NCBI GenBank assembly: GCA_964470695.1
Contig: CAYYDR010000001.1
Span: 10,638 to 74,637, forward strand
DNA: 64,000 bases
From: an uncultured Gammaproteobacteria bacterium
GTDB lineage: Bacteria > Patescibacteriota > Patescibacteriia > Patescibacteriales > UBA12465
Direction: 5' to 3'
Below are positions 20,150 to 29,174 of the stretch, piece by piece. Below the pieces are notes generated by a model that did not search any database, had not been told where the DNA came from, and saw only the letters and a program-made list of their open reading frames with translations. The position numbers were made by a program, and so were the translations under genes. The stretch's first letter is position 1; each line of letters opens with the position of its first letter.

Positions 20150-21820
20150 ATGTTGGCTGAAAAAATTATTATGACAAATGAGCAAAAAAAACCCATCGTT
20201 GCTTATTTCAGTATGGAAATAGGCTTGGAAAATAATATCAAAACTTACTCCGGGGGACTCGGAGTTTTAGCTGGTGATATTTTAAAGTCCGCGGCCAACG
20301 CTAATTTCCCTATGGTAGGGATAACATTGTTTAATGACCAGGGATACTTTAAGCAGACTATTAGTAAAAATGGCCAACAGGAGTTTGGACCGGACGATAA
20401 ATATGATTTTTCTAAATTAGAAAAGTTATCAGCCCAAATAGAAATATTAATAGGGAACGATAAAGTTTTGGTAGGCGTCTGGCAGTATTTTATCGTGGGC
20501 CATAATGATTTTGTTGTTCCGGTATATTTTTTAGATACCAATATTAATGGCAATAAAGATATTTATAAAAACTTAACCGGCGAGTTATATGGCGGCGATA
20601 ATGAATATCGTTTGCGGCAGGAAATTATTTTAGGACGAGGCGGAGTTAAAATGCTGCGAAAACTCGGCTATCAGGATATAAAAAAGTTTCATCTTAACGA
20701 AGGGCATGGCGCTTTAGCGGCAATAGAATTATTTTTAAATTCTGAAAAAAAATCGGATGAAGCTAAAATTAAAGATGTTCGGTCGCATTGTGTTTTTACG
20801 ACTCATACCCCTATTCCTAAGGCCCATGATATTTTTTCAAAAGAATACTTATTGAAATATCAAAAAGATTTCCCCGTCCATTTAACGGCCTTATATGATG
20901 AAGAAGGAAATATCCATTTTACTAGTTTAGGCCTTTATTTTAGCGGTTATTCTAACGCTGTTTCCCGTCTGCATCAAGAAACGTGCCAAAAAATGTACCC
21001 TAATTATAAAATTAATTTTGTTACTAACGGAGTGAATTCAGAATTTTGGTCCGTTCCAGAGTTTCAGAATTTATATAATAAATATATACCTGACTGGCTT
21101 AATAATAACGCTAGTTTGGCGAAGGCAGAAGATATTCCGCTGGGAGAAATTTGGTTAGCGCATCAGGCGGCTAAAAAGAGATTAATTCAACATATTAATT
21201 CAAATTCATTAGAGCATATTGATGAAAATATTTTTACGATTGGATTTGCTCGCCGTTTTACGGCTTATAAACAGCCGAAATATTTATTTCAAGATATAGA
21301 AAAATTATTAGCGATTAACGAGAATATCGGTAAGATGCAGATAATTTATGCCGGCAAAGCGCATCCCAGAGATATGGCCGGTCAAGAGATGATTAGATTT
21401 ATTCATGACCTAAAAAAGAAGTTAAAAGAAAAAATTAAGGTAATATTCTTGGCCGATTATAGTTTAGATAAAGCTAAATTATTGGTAGCCGGTGTTGATC
21501 TCTGGCTCAATACTCCAAAATTGTATCACGAGGCTTCTGGCACGAGCGGCATGAAAGCGGCTCATAATGGCGTTCCGCAACTGAGCACTTTAGACGGGTG
21601 GTGGCCGGAGGGATACGTAAAAAATAAAACTGGTTGGGCGATTGTTGAGAGCGAGAATGGCCAAAATAATTTATATGATGTTTTGGAAAAAGAAATTATT
21701 CCGATGTATTATAATAAACCGGATAAATGGCAAGCGATGATGCGCGACACGATTAGTTTAAACGCGGCGCGGTTTAATTCGTGTCGCGTTCTAAAACAAT
21801 ATATTAAAGAAGCTTATTAG
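20150..21820 (+). CDS. glgP: Alpha-glucan (glycogen/maltodextrin) phosphorylase, GT35 short form
   Basis: 556 aa. N-terminal YFSMEIGLE...GGLGVLAGD and the PLP-lysine region EASGTSGMKAAHNG are present. Confidence 0.85.
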   Translation: MLAEKIIMTNEQKKPIVAYFSMEIGLENNIKTYSGGLGVLAGDILKSAANANFPMVGITLFNDQGYFKQTISKNGQQEFGPDDKYDFSKLEKLSAQIEILIGNDKVLVGVWQYFIVGHNDFVVPVYFLDTNINGNKDIYKNLTGELYGGDNEYRLRQEIILGRGGVKMLRKLGYQDIKKFHLNEGHGALAAIELFLNSEKKSDEAKIKDVRSHCVFTTHTPIPKAHDIFSKEYLLKYQKDFPVHLTALYDEEGNIHFTSLGLYFSGYSNAVSRLHQETCQKMYPNYKINFVTNGVNSEFWSVPEFQNLYNKYIPDWLNNNASLAKAEDIPLGEIWLAHQAAKKRLIQHINSNSLEHIDENIFTIGFARRFTAYKQPKYLFQDIEKLLAINENIGKMQIIYAGKAHPRDMAGQEMIRFIHDLKKKLKEKIKVIFLADYSLDKAKLLVAGVDLWLNTPKLYHEASGTSGMKAAHNGVPQLSTLDGWWPEGYVKNKTGWAIVESENGQNNLYDVLEKEIIPMYYNKPDKWQAMMRDTISLNAARFNSCRVLKQYIKEAY

Positions 21821-21827
21821 AAATGAA

Positions 21828-21858
21828 AAAGGTCAATCTAGAGATTGACCTTTTTTAG
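21828..21858 (+). terminator. Rho-independent terminator after glgP
   Basis: aaaggtcaatc-tagag-attgacc-tttttt. Confidence 0.65.
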
Positions 21859-21878
21859 AGATTAGCTTTTTGGAGCAG

Positions 21879-22346
21879 TTATTTTTTAATTTTTTCCCTA
21901 AATTTTTTAGGGATAACAACCGGTTCTACAAGGGGGGTTGGCTTTAAACCGAGTCTGACAAATTCGGCTGTACCACCTACATAACGTGATAACCCTGTTT
22001 TATCTAAGAATTGAGTTATCTTGCGGAGAGTGTTAGCCTTCCTTTTGTTGTCTAGTTTTTTGGGATCATTTAGTACGTCCCGGGTTTTATTTAGGTAATC
22101 AATTATATCAAACCACTTTGCCTTAGTTCTTGGCAGGGCCGGGAAGTACGTTTTTCCGGTGTTAATTATCTGAAGCAAGTATTCATACTTAAATGCAATC
22201 ACCTCTTTGCCATGGTGATGGTATGAAACTTTTTGTGGGTCATACGGCGCTAGTACTTCGTTACTAAAACAACAAACAATTTTAACGATAGTTGATTTTT
22301 TTCTGTTTTGCTGTTTTACGGATGGCTGGTTGATTCGGCTTGTCAT
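21879..22346 (-). CDS. Hypothetical protein
   Basis: 155 aa basic protein with no recognised motif. Coding potential is supported only by ORF length and its position between terminators. Confidence 0.35.
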   Translation of the reverse strand: MTSRINQPSVKQQNRKKSTIVKIVCCFSNEVLAPYDPQKVSYHHHGKEVIAFKYEYLLQIINTGKTYFPALPRTKAKWFDIIDYLNKTRDVLNDPKKLDNKRKANTLRKITQFLDKTGLSRYVGGTAEFVRLGLKPTPLVEPVVIPKKFREKIKK

Positions 22347-22528
22347 TTCTACTCCGATTGGTTTTTGAATTGTTGTTTAAAGAACTTGAGGTATTTTTGT
22401 TTTAATATTCCGATACTTCATTCTTACATAAATATAAGAATTTGTCAATAGTTTAATAATTTAAGTAATTTTGCTACTATTATATAAAATAGCCAAACTT
22501 AGCTTATTAAACCACTAAAGACCAAATT

Positions 22529-22933
22529 ATGAAAAAGAAGATTCCCCTAGTTTCCTTTGATTTTTGGCGCTATCTGATAAATATTTGGTCAATTCTATTT
22601 TTTACGGTTATTGTTTTTGATTTTATAACCGACAATTCCTCTGTTGATCTTCTAAATCTGATTTCCATGGTCTATGTCGGCGTCCTGACTATTTATGTCA
22701 GCAATAAGGAATTTGAGCGCTGGTATCATCGCCACCATAATCAGCATCCGGGCGAAATATTCGTTATTGCCTGGTCGGCTTTAATTGCTTCGTTGATTGT
22801 TATAGATTTTATATCTAAATCGCCTTACCACTTGCCCGGCGCTGTCGCCTCTTCTTATATTGCCGTTTTGACTATTCTGGCTATTACCAGAAAATCAAAG
22901 CAGACTTATCAAGCCCGTTATCAAAAGAGGTAA
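22529..22933 (+). CDS. Hypothetical membrane protein (4 TM)
   Basis: 134 aa, hydrophobic helices. Confidence 0.4.
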   Translation: MKKKIPLVSFDFWRYLINIWSILFFTVIVFDFITDNSSVDLLNLISMVYVGVLTIYVSNKEFERWYHRHHNQHPGEIFVIAWSALIASLIVIDFISKSPYHLPGAVASSYIAVLTILAITRKSKQTYQARYQKR

Positions 22934-22990
22934 TTTATTTATTGTCTAAAACAGAGTATAATTAAGGCATTACAAAATAAATAAAAATTT

Positions 22991-23248
22991 ATGGCTAAAA
23001 AAACTAAAGCGAAAACTACTCAAGAACAATTTAAGATTGACGGTCATGAAGTTTTGCAGAAGGTTAAGCAGCTTATTAAGGAGGGTAATGTCCGTCGTAT
23101 TATTATTAAGAATGAAAAGGGGAAAGTGATGATGGAAATACCGATGACTTTCGCGGTGGTCGGAGCGGTTTTTGCCCCGGTGTTAGCGGCGGTCGGCGCC
23201 TTAGCAGCCCTAATGAATAAGTGCACGATTGAAGTAGAGAGAAAATAA
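22991..23248 (+). CDS. DUF4342-family small protein
   Basis: 85 aa. The family hallmark RRIIIKNEKG...IPMTFAVVGAVFAPVLAAVGALAAL...IEVER is present. A terminator (aaaaagacctaattactaggtctttttt) follows at 23268-23298. Confidence 0.55.
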   Translation: MAKKTKAKTTQEQFKIDGHEVLQKVKQLIKEGNVRRIIIKNEKGKVMMEIPMTFAVVGAVFAPVLAAVGALAALMNKCTIEVERK

Positions 23249-23340
23249 TTTTTAAGATAAAGAAATATAAAAAAGACCTAATTACTAGGTCTTTTTTATT
23301 TATATATTTTAATTTGAGTTCTTTATTAATTCAAGCTTTA

Positions 23341-24762
23341 TTAATCTAAGCTTTCCACATTAACTCCAAAGCTCCAATCAATTTCCGAGAATTCATGCAA
23401 TAGTTTATTAATATATTTTTTTAACTCTTGGTAGCGCTCGTTGGTTTTAGCTTCAAATTTTATGGTTAGATAAGGTCCATTCTGGGAGTATCTGACCACG
23501 AACATGGCATCGGACATTTCTAAACGTACGCCGTCTCCCGCTCTTTCGTCGCTTATTACCTCAACCTGTGGGAAATCTATTTTTAATTTCTGGGCAATTT
23601 TTTCTACTAAAGCCACTTTTATATTATCAGGCGTGCCGACTTTTATTTCTGGGCTAGAAATGTAAATAGGCAATTTAGATACGAGATAAGATAATTTTTC
23701 GCCTGTTCTTGCTAGATGTCCTAATAAGCGGAAGGTAGAATAACAGCCGTCATCATGATTGTAGAAATCTTTAGAAAAGAAAAAATGCCCGGATAATTCG
23801 CCAATGAAGGCGGCTTTAACTTCTTGGTTTTTCTTTTTAAGAAAGGAGTGTCCGGTTCGCCACATAAATGGCCGGCCGCCGTGGCTTTCAATTGTTTCAG
23901 TTACTACCCTAGAGCAAAGAGTATTAAACATGATTATTTCTTTAGGGTGCTGGCCCAAGACGTCGGCCGCGAAGAGAGCGACTAAGACATCATTCCAAAT
24001 TATTCCGCCCTTATCATCAACAATGCCAATCCGGTCACCATCCGCGTCATAGGAAAAGCCGATATCCGCCCCTTCTTCTAACACTTCGGCGCTAAGGCGC
24101 TTGGCTAAACTTACTTCGGTCGGGTCGGGCGTGCCTAGCGGGAAGCTAGGATCAATTTGGCAATTTTTTTCTATTACTTCATGCCCCGCCTGGCGCAGTA
24201 AGTCAGGCACAATAACGCCAGCGGTAGCGCAACTAGCGTCAACCACGATTTTAAATTTTTTATTGAAAGGGAAGCGGCGAATAATATCGGCGAAGTAGGC
24301 ACTTTTAACATCTTGTTTAGTAATAGTGCCAAGTTGCTGGCCAATTTCGTAATCATCATTTTCAATCATTTTTCGCAATTCCTGCATGCCCTCGCTAACC
24401 AGTGTTTCCGAAAATCCGTTAGCAAATTTAAAGCCATTATATTCAGCTGGATTATGCGAAGCGGTAACAAAAACGCCGCCCTGGCAGTCTAAATAATACT
24501 GCGCCCAATAAAACGTTCCGACCATGTTTAAACCGATATCAACCACATTTATTCCCGCCCAAGTCATACCCTTAATGATTGCCTCGCTATAAGCCGGGCT
24601 AGTAGCGCGGCAGTCATAACTGACCACAGCTTTAAATAAGCCCTGTCGTTTAAGATAGGTGCCATAGGCCTTGCCGATATGTTCAACGATTAGAGGAGTT
24701 AAGTCTTTGTCTACTAGACCGCGTAAATCATAACCGCGGAAAATCTGGGGGTTTATATTCAT
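23341..24762 (-). CDS. Phosphoglucomutase/phosphomannomutase (alpha-D-phosphohexomutase family)
   Basis: 473 aa. Active-site phosphoserine loop TASHNPAEYNGFK is present, with Mg-binding DADGDR. Confidence 0.85.
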   Translation of the reverse strand: MNINPQIFRGYDLRGLVDKDLTPLIVEHIGKAYGTYLKRQGLFKAVVSYDCRATSPAYSEAIIKGMTWAGINVVDIGLNMVGTFYWAQYYLDCQGGVFVTASHNPAEYNGFKFANGFSETLVSEGMQELRKMIENDDYEIGQQLGTITKQDVKSAYFADIIRRFPFNKKFKIVVDASCATAGVIVPDLLRQAGHEVIEKNCQIDPSFPLGTPDPTEVSLAKRLSAEVLEEGADIGFSYDADGDRIGIVDDKGGIIWNDVLVALFAADVLGQHPKEIIMFNTLCSRVVTETIESHGGRPFMWRTGHSFLKKKNQEVKAAFIGELSGHFFFSKDFYNHDDGCYSTFRLLGHLARTGEKLSYLVSKLPIYISSPEIKVGTPDNIKVALVEKIAQKLKIDFPQVEVISDERAGDGVRLEMSDAMFVVRYSQNGPYLTIKFEAKTNERYQELKKYINKLLHEFSEIDWSFGVNVESLD

Positions 24763-24772
24763 ATTTTTATTA

Positions 24773-25918
24773 TTAAATCTTGCCGAGCTGATGAGAAATG
24801 TAGGTCCAGATACCGCCTACCCCGAATAAAATAGCTAATAATCCTAGCAGCCAGCCGACATAAGGGAGCGCAAAAATTAGCCAGCAAATTAGAATGCCGA
24901 CAATCATAGTCCATAACAAAGGCGTGTCATTCCTCTTGGTTAGTTTTTTAATGATGACTTGCCCGATTATAATGGCCGTCAATATTTTGGCGACATAAAT
25001 CATGATTAGCCAGCTTGCGGTAATAATTAAGGCTAGAGGAATACCAATAATAGTAATCATTAGTAGTAGGGCGATGGGCAAAAGGACAAAAGTTAAGATA
25101 AGACCCGGCAGCCACATTTTAGCCGGCGTCTCCGTCATTTTAGTTAAAATGTTGCCAGTAATATTTTTGCCGATGAAGATTAATATTAAGCCGACGGCTA
25201 AAGCCGAGAAGATGGAGAATAACTCGCTCCATAGCCAGACTAAAATTTTATTGTTAGAATTTTTTTCTTGGATAGGTTTCTGTTGCACTTTTCCGGCTAG
25301 GCTCGCTTGATCAGAAATTTTTGCCGCTTGGTTGGAAGTATAGGTAATATCGCCATTAACAACCGCTTCAGGAGATATAACTAGCGGTTCGCTAATATTA
25401 TTATCAGCAAATTTAAGGTTAATGTTTTTTCCTACTTTGCCGGCGATTAAAGCCTGGCCAGCTTGTCCGGCGAGGCTGCCGTCAATTATTCCTCTTGATT
25501 CTATTGTGGAGCCTAATAGATAAGCATCCCAGCCAATACGTGAATTCGGCCCTAATACTATGTCGGCGCCGAAAGCGTTGGTATTGCGGATAGAGGATCC
25601 ATTGATAGTTAAGGAGTTGCCGGCAATACGAATATTGCCGCCCACTTCGCCATTGATAGTGATATTTTGGCCAGCGGCGATAACATCACCTTCTACTCGT
25701 CCATTCATATTAATGGTCTGAGCCACGGCAATTAAATCACCGCTGATAATGCCGTCAACAGTTATGCTTTCACCGGCCGCGTAAAAGTTGCCGTTGATGA
25801 TTTCTTCTTTGGCGATATAGATTGGCCCGCCAGTGCTTGTTGTAGCAGCTAAAGCCATTGAAACAGGCAGCAGCAGTATGGCGAAGAAGATTAGTGGTCG
25901 TAATAATTTTTGAGACAT
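24773..25918 (-). CDS. Beta-helix-repeat membrane protein (bactofilin/DUF4097-like repeats, signal peptide, C-terminal 4 TM)
   Basis: 381 aa. Repeated G-x-I/V-x-G-D/N-V/I units (GDLIAVAQTINMNGRVEGDVIAAGQNITINGEVGGNIRIAGNSLTINGSS), an N-terminal signal peptide and a C-terminal hydrophobic bundle. Confidence 0.4.
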   Translation of the reverse strand: MSQKLLRPLIFFAILLLPVSMALAATTSTGGPIYIAKEEIINGNFYAAGESITVDGIISGDLIAVAQTINMNGRVEGDVIAAGQNITINGEVGGNIRIAGNSLTINGSSIRNTNAFGADIVLGPNSRIGWDAYLLGSTIESRGIIDGSLAGQAGQALIAGKVGKNINLKFADNNISEPLVISPEAVVNGDITYTSNQAAKISDQASLAGKVQQKPIQEKNSNNKILVWLWSELFSIFSALAVGLILIFIGKNITGNILTKMTETPAKMWLPGLILTFVLLPIALLLMITIIGIPLALIITASWLIMIYVAKILTAIIIGQVIIKKLTKRNDTPLLWTMIVGILICWLIFALPYVGWLLGLLAILFGVGGIWTYISHQLGKI

Positions 25919-25998
25919 AGCGATATTGTTAAGTTTAAAAAAATCCTGTATTATTAAGGGATTATTTAAGATTTATATTTCAATTATAGCCGAAATAT

Positions 25999-27639
25999 AT
26001 GGGTGAAGCAATAAAAGAATTATTACAAGAGCATATCCATTCTATTAAAAGCCGCAATGACTTAGAGGCGGTTAAGCGTTTGCTTTGCAAGAAGTATGGC
26101 TTAGCTTCTATTCCTAATGCCGATATTTTAAAAGAATATAGCCTTTGGCAGAAAGCTACTGGCCAGTCAGTTGATATTTTAACTAAAATATTACGCAAAA
26201 GATCAATTCGGACCATGTCCGGCATCGCGCCTATCGCCGTTTTGACTAAGCCCTATCCTTGTCCTGGCACCTGTGCCTATTGTCCTCATGAGAAAGAAGT
26301 TCCGACTAGCTATTTATCTAATGAGCCGGCCGTAATGAGAGCAATCCGCTGCGGCTATGACCCCTATCGCCAAGTAATCCTGCGTTTGCGGTCTTTGGAA
26401 AATAATGGGCACGTCCCGACCAAATTAGAAATTATTGTGATTGGCGGCACCTGGAGTTATTTGCCGACTCGCTATAAATATTGGTATATATTAAATTGTT
26501 TTCGGGCAGCTAATGATTATAATTATTTTCATAAATTTCCCAGTCAGCTTGATTCGGCTGAGAAAATTGATGATAAAAAATTATCGGCTCCATATAAACA
26601 ATCCTTGAGTCTAACGGCGCTCCGTAAAGAATTATTTAAACAACAAACTAAAAATGAATCGGCTCGTTATAGCGTTATCGGCCTGACCTTAGAAACGCGG
26701 CCCGATTATATTGATAGAGGAGAGTTGTCGCAAATGCGCGAGTTAGGCTGTACGCGCGTGGAAATCGGCGTGCAAGCGGTAGATGACGAGATACTCAGAA
26801 TTAATAAGCGCGGCCATGGTGTTAAAGAAATCGCTGAGGCCACTAAATTATTAAAGGAGTATGGCTTTAAGGTTACTTATCATTTAATGCCCGCTTTGCC
26901 GGGTGCTACGCCGGCTAAAGACTTATCATTATTTAAAAAGCTATTTAGTGATGAGTGCTTCCAGCCCGATCAGATTAAATTTTATCCGACAGTCGTGACT
27001 GCCGGCAGTTTATTATATCGCTGGTATAGGCAGGGAAAGTACAAGCCTTATTCCGATAAAGTTTTGCGCGATTTAATTATTAAATGTAAGGCAGTTGTTC
27101 CGACTTATGTTAGAATAATCCGCTTAATTCGCGATATTCCGGGGGAGTCAATTATCGCTGGCAATAAAATTACTAACTTGCGCCAAATCATGAAAGATTT
27201 AGGCACTAAATGTAATTGTATTCGTTGCCGCGAGGCCCAGGACAAACCTTTGGCTAATAATTATATTACGCGGACAATTAGTTATCCGGCTTCAGGCGGG
27301 ACAGAATATTTTATTAGTGCTGATAGCCAAGACACTAAAACTTTATATGGTTTTTGCCGTTTAAGAATTGATAAAAATAGTCCGGTGGCGGGAGCGATTA
27401 TTCGCGAGCTGCATGTCTATGGTGAATTAGTTTCCGTCGGGAGTATAAAAAAGGTTCAGCATAGCGGCTTGGGACAAAAATTATTAGCTCAGGCCGAAGA
27501 ATTAGCTATTAAGAATAATTGTGCTAATATTTCAGTAATATCAGGGGTAGGAGTTAGAGGATATTATCGTAAATTTGCTTACAGGCTTAAGAATGGGTAT
27601 ATGGTAAAAGATTTAAAACAGCCCCTCAAGGTTAAATAG
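25999..27639 (+). CDS. elp3: Elongator Elp3 homologue (radical-SAM + GNAT; tRNA U34 side-chain modification)
   Basis: 546 aa. Radical-SAM CxxxCxxC (CPGTCAYCP) and a C-terminal acetyltransferase-like domain (IRELHVYGELVSVG...QHSGLGQKLLAQAEELA) are present. The architecture matches bacterial/archaeal Elp3. Confidence 0.8.
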   Translation: MGEAIKELLQEHIHSIKSRNDLEAVKRLLCKKYGLASIPNADILKEYSLWQKATGQSVDILTKILRKRSIRTMSGIAPIAVLTKPYPCPGTCAYCPHEKEVPTSYLSNEPAVMRAIRCGYDPYRQVILRLRSLENNGHVPTKLEIIVIGGTWSYLPTRYKYWYILNCFRAANDYNYFHKFPSQLDSAEKIDDKKLSAPYKQSLSLTALRKELFKQQTKNESARYSVIGLTLETRPDYIDRGELSQMRELGCTRVEIGVQAVDDEILRINKRGHGVKEIAEATKLLKEYGFKVTYHLMPALPGATPAKDLSLFKKLFSDECFQPDQIKFYPTVVTAGSLLYRWYRQGKYKPYSDKVLRDLIIKCKAVVPTYVRIIRLIRDIPGESIIAGNKITNLRQIMKDLGTKCNCIRCREAQDKPLANNYITRTISYPASGGTEYFISADSQDTKTLYGFCRLRIDKNSPVAGAIIRELHVYGELVSVGSIKKVQHSGLGQKLLAQAEELAIKNNCANISVISGVGVRGYYRKFAYRLKNGYMVKDLKQPLKVK

Positions 27640-27806
27640 ATTTGTTTTTATTAGCAATAAAGCCTATAATATTATCATGTTAATTACTCGTTATATTACA
27701 ACTTGGTCCGGCTTTAATCGCTCTATCAATACTTTTTAACCAAAGGGTTTTTTGATTTATCAAAACGCCCTTTGGGGCGTTTTTTTATTTATCTAAATTA
27801 CTCTTT

Positions 27807-28454
27807 ATGGTTTCTGATAAAATAAATTTTAAAATAGTAGCTGCCCTAACTTTTTATTTAGTTTCGCTTTTAGCCGCTAACACGCTCGGTCTAAAATTAA
27901 TGCCTTTTGTTTTTGGAACGCATTTATCAGTGGCAATTTTTTTCTTCCCCTTTGTTTTTATGACCACTGATGTAATCGGCCAGGTGTATGGCAAAGAAAT
28001 GGCTAAAAATTTTGTGTGGGCCGGGCTTATTAGCGTTTGTTTGTTTTTATTTTATTCTCTGATTTCTCTGGCCGTGCCTTGGTCGCCGGACGGGCTGTTG
28101 TTTAAAGATAGCTTCAATGCTATTTTTGGCGTCTCACTACGGATGTCTATTGCCTCGCTGCTGGCTTTCTTTATTGCTGAATACCAGGATGTCATCGCTT
28201 TTTTCTTTTTCAAGAAAAAGTTACAAGAAAAAGCTTTCTGGCTCCAATCTACTTTATCTAATCTTTGGTCGCAATTTTTAGACACAGCTATTTTCATGGC
28301 GGTGGCCTTCTTGGGCGTTTATTCATTTAAAGCTCTTGTTTTAATGAGCATTCCTTGGTGGCTATATAAGGTAGCTCTAGGTTTTTTGTATACCCCCTTA
28401 GCTTATTTAGGCATTTATTTACTGAAGTATGAAAATAAGAGCCATCAAAACTAA
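27807..28454 (+). CDS. YhhQ/DUF165-family queuosine-precursor transporter-like membrane protein
   Basis: 215 aa with 6 TM. Conserved FVFMTTDVIGQVYGKEMAKNFVWAGL segment is present. A terminator (gccctttggggcgttttttt) lies upstream at 27752-27790. Confidence 0.55.
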   Translation: MVSDKINFKIVAALTFYLVSLLAANTLGLKLMPFVFGTHLSVAIFFFPFVFMTTDVIGQVYGKEMAKNFVWAGLISVCLFLFYSLISLAVPWSPDGLLFKDSFNAIFGVSLRMSIASLLAFFIAEYQDVIAFFFFKKKLQEKAFWLQSTLSNLWSQFLDTAIFMAVAFLGVYSFKALVLMSIPWWLYKVALGFLYTPLAYLGIYLLKYENKSHQN

Positions 28455-29127
28455 AATTTTTCGTCCGGGCGATGATTTATTTATTTTTATTAATAAATAT
28501 TTACCACGGCCATCAGAAAAAAGTATTCTGGTAGTTACCTCAAAAATTGTCGCTTTAGCCGAGGGAAGAATTGCGGAAAAAACTAGTGAAGCCGCTAAGG
28601 AAAAAATAATTAGATTAGAGAGCGATTTTGTTTTGCCGACTAAGCAAGTCTATTTAACCATTAAAGACGGCTTAGTTATGGCTAACGCCGGGGTTGATGA
28701 GAGTAATGGCAACGGGAAAATAATTCTTTTGCCCCGCGACAGCTTTAGTTCGGCGCAGGCGCTAAGAAATTATTTTAAGCAAAAATATAAATTAAAAAAT
28801 TTCGGCGTTATTATAACTGATAGCCGTTGTTTACCATTAAGAGCCGGCGTCGTTGGGGTCGCCTTAGGTTATGCCGGGTTTAAAGGCCTGAAAGATTATC
28901 AAGGGCGGCCAGACATTTTTGGCCGGCTGTTTAAGTATGCCCGAGTTGATGTCGCTGATAGTTTGGCGGCCACCGCGGTTTTAGTCATGGGCGAGGGGAA
29001 AGAAAAGCAGCCGCTTGTAATAATCAGCGGCGCTCCGGTTAAATATACTAATCGTTTGAATAGAAATGAGTTAAAAATTGATATTAAGGAGGATATTTAT
29101 GGCCCTTTATTTAGAATAATTAAATAG
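28429..29127 (+). CDS. CofE-like protein (F420-0:gamma-glutamyl ligase family, PF01996)
   Basis: 232 aa. Family motifs GVDESNGNGK and IITDSRCLPLRAGVVGVALGYAG are present. 26-nt overlap with the upstream gene. Confidence 0.55.
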   Translation: MKIRAIKTKIFRPGDDLFIFINKYLPRPSEKSILVVTSKIVALAEGRIAEKTSEAAKEKIIRLESDFVLPTKQVYLTIKDGLVMANAGVDESNGNGKIILLPRDSFSSAQALRNYFKQKYKLKNFGVIITDSRCLPLRAGVVGVALGYAGFKGLKDYQGRPDIFGRLFKYARVDVADSLAATAVLVMGEGKEKQPLVIISGAPVKYTNRLNRNELKIDIKEDIYGPLFRIIK

Positions 29128-29174
29128 CTAACTAGTTTTTGACAAAACTAGTCCGCTAAACTAAGATTAACAAT

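Noticed and set aside
23044-25310. Assorted short ORFs of 60-102 aa overlapping the DUF4342, phosphoglucomutase and beta-helix genes
   Set aside because: They overlap better-supported frames on the opposite strand or in another frame. No motifs.
25980-26225. 81-aa minus-strand ORF overlapping the elp3 start
   Set aside because: Antisense to the Elp3 N-terminus. The intergenic promoter region for elp3 lies here. No support.
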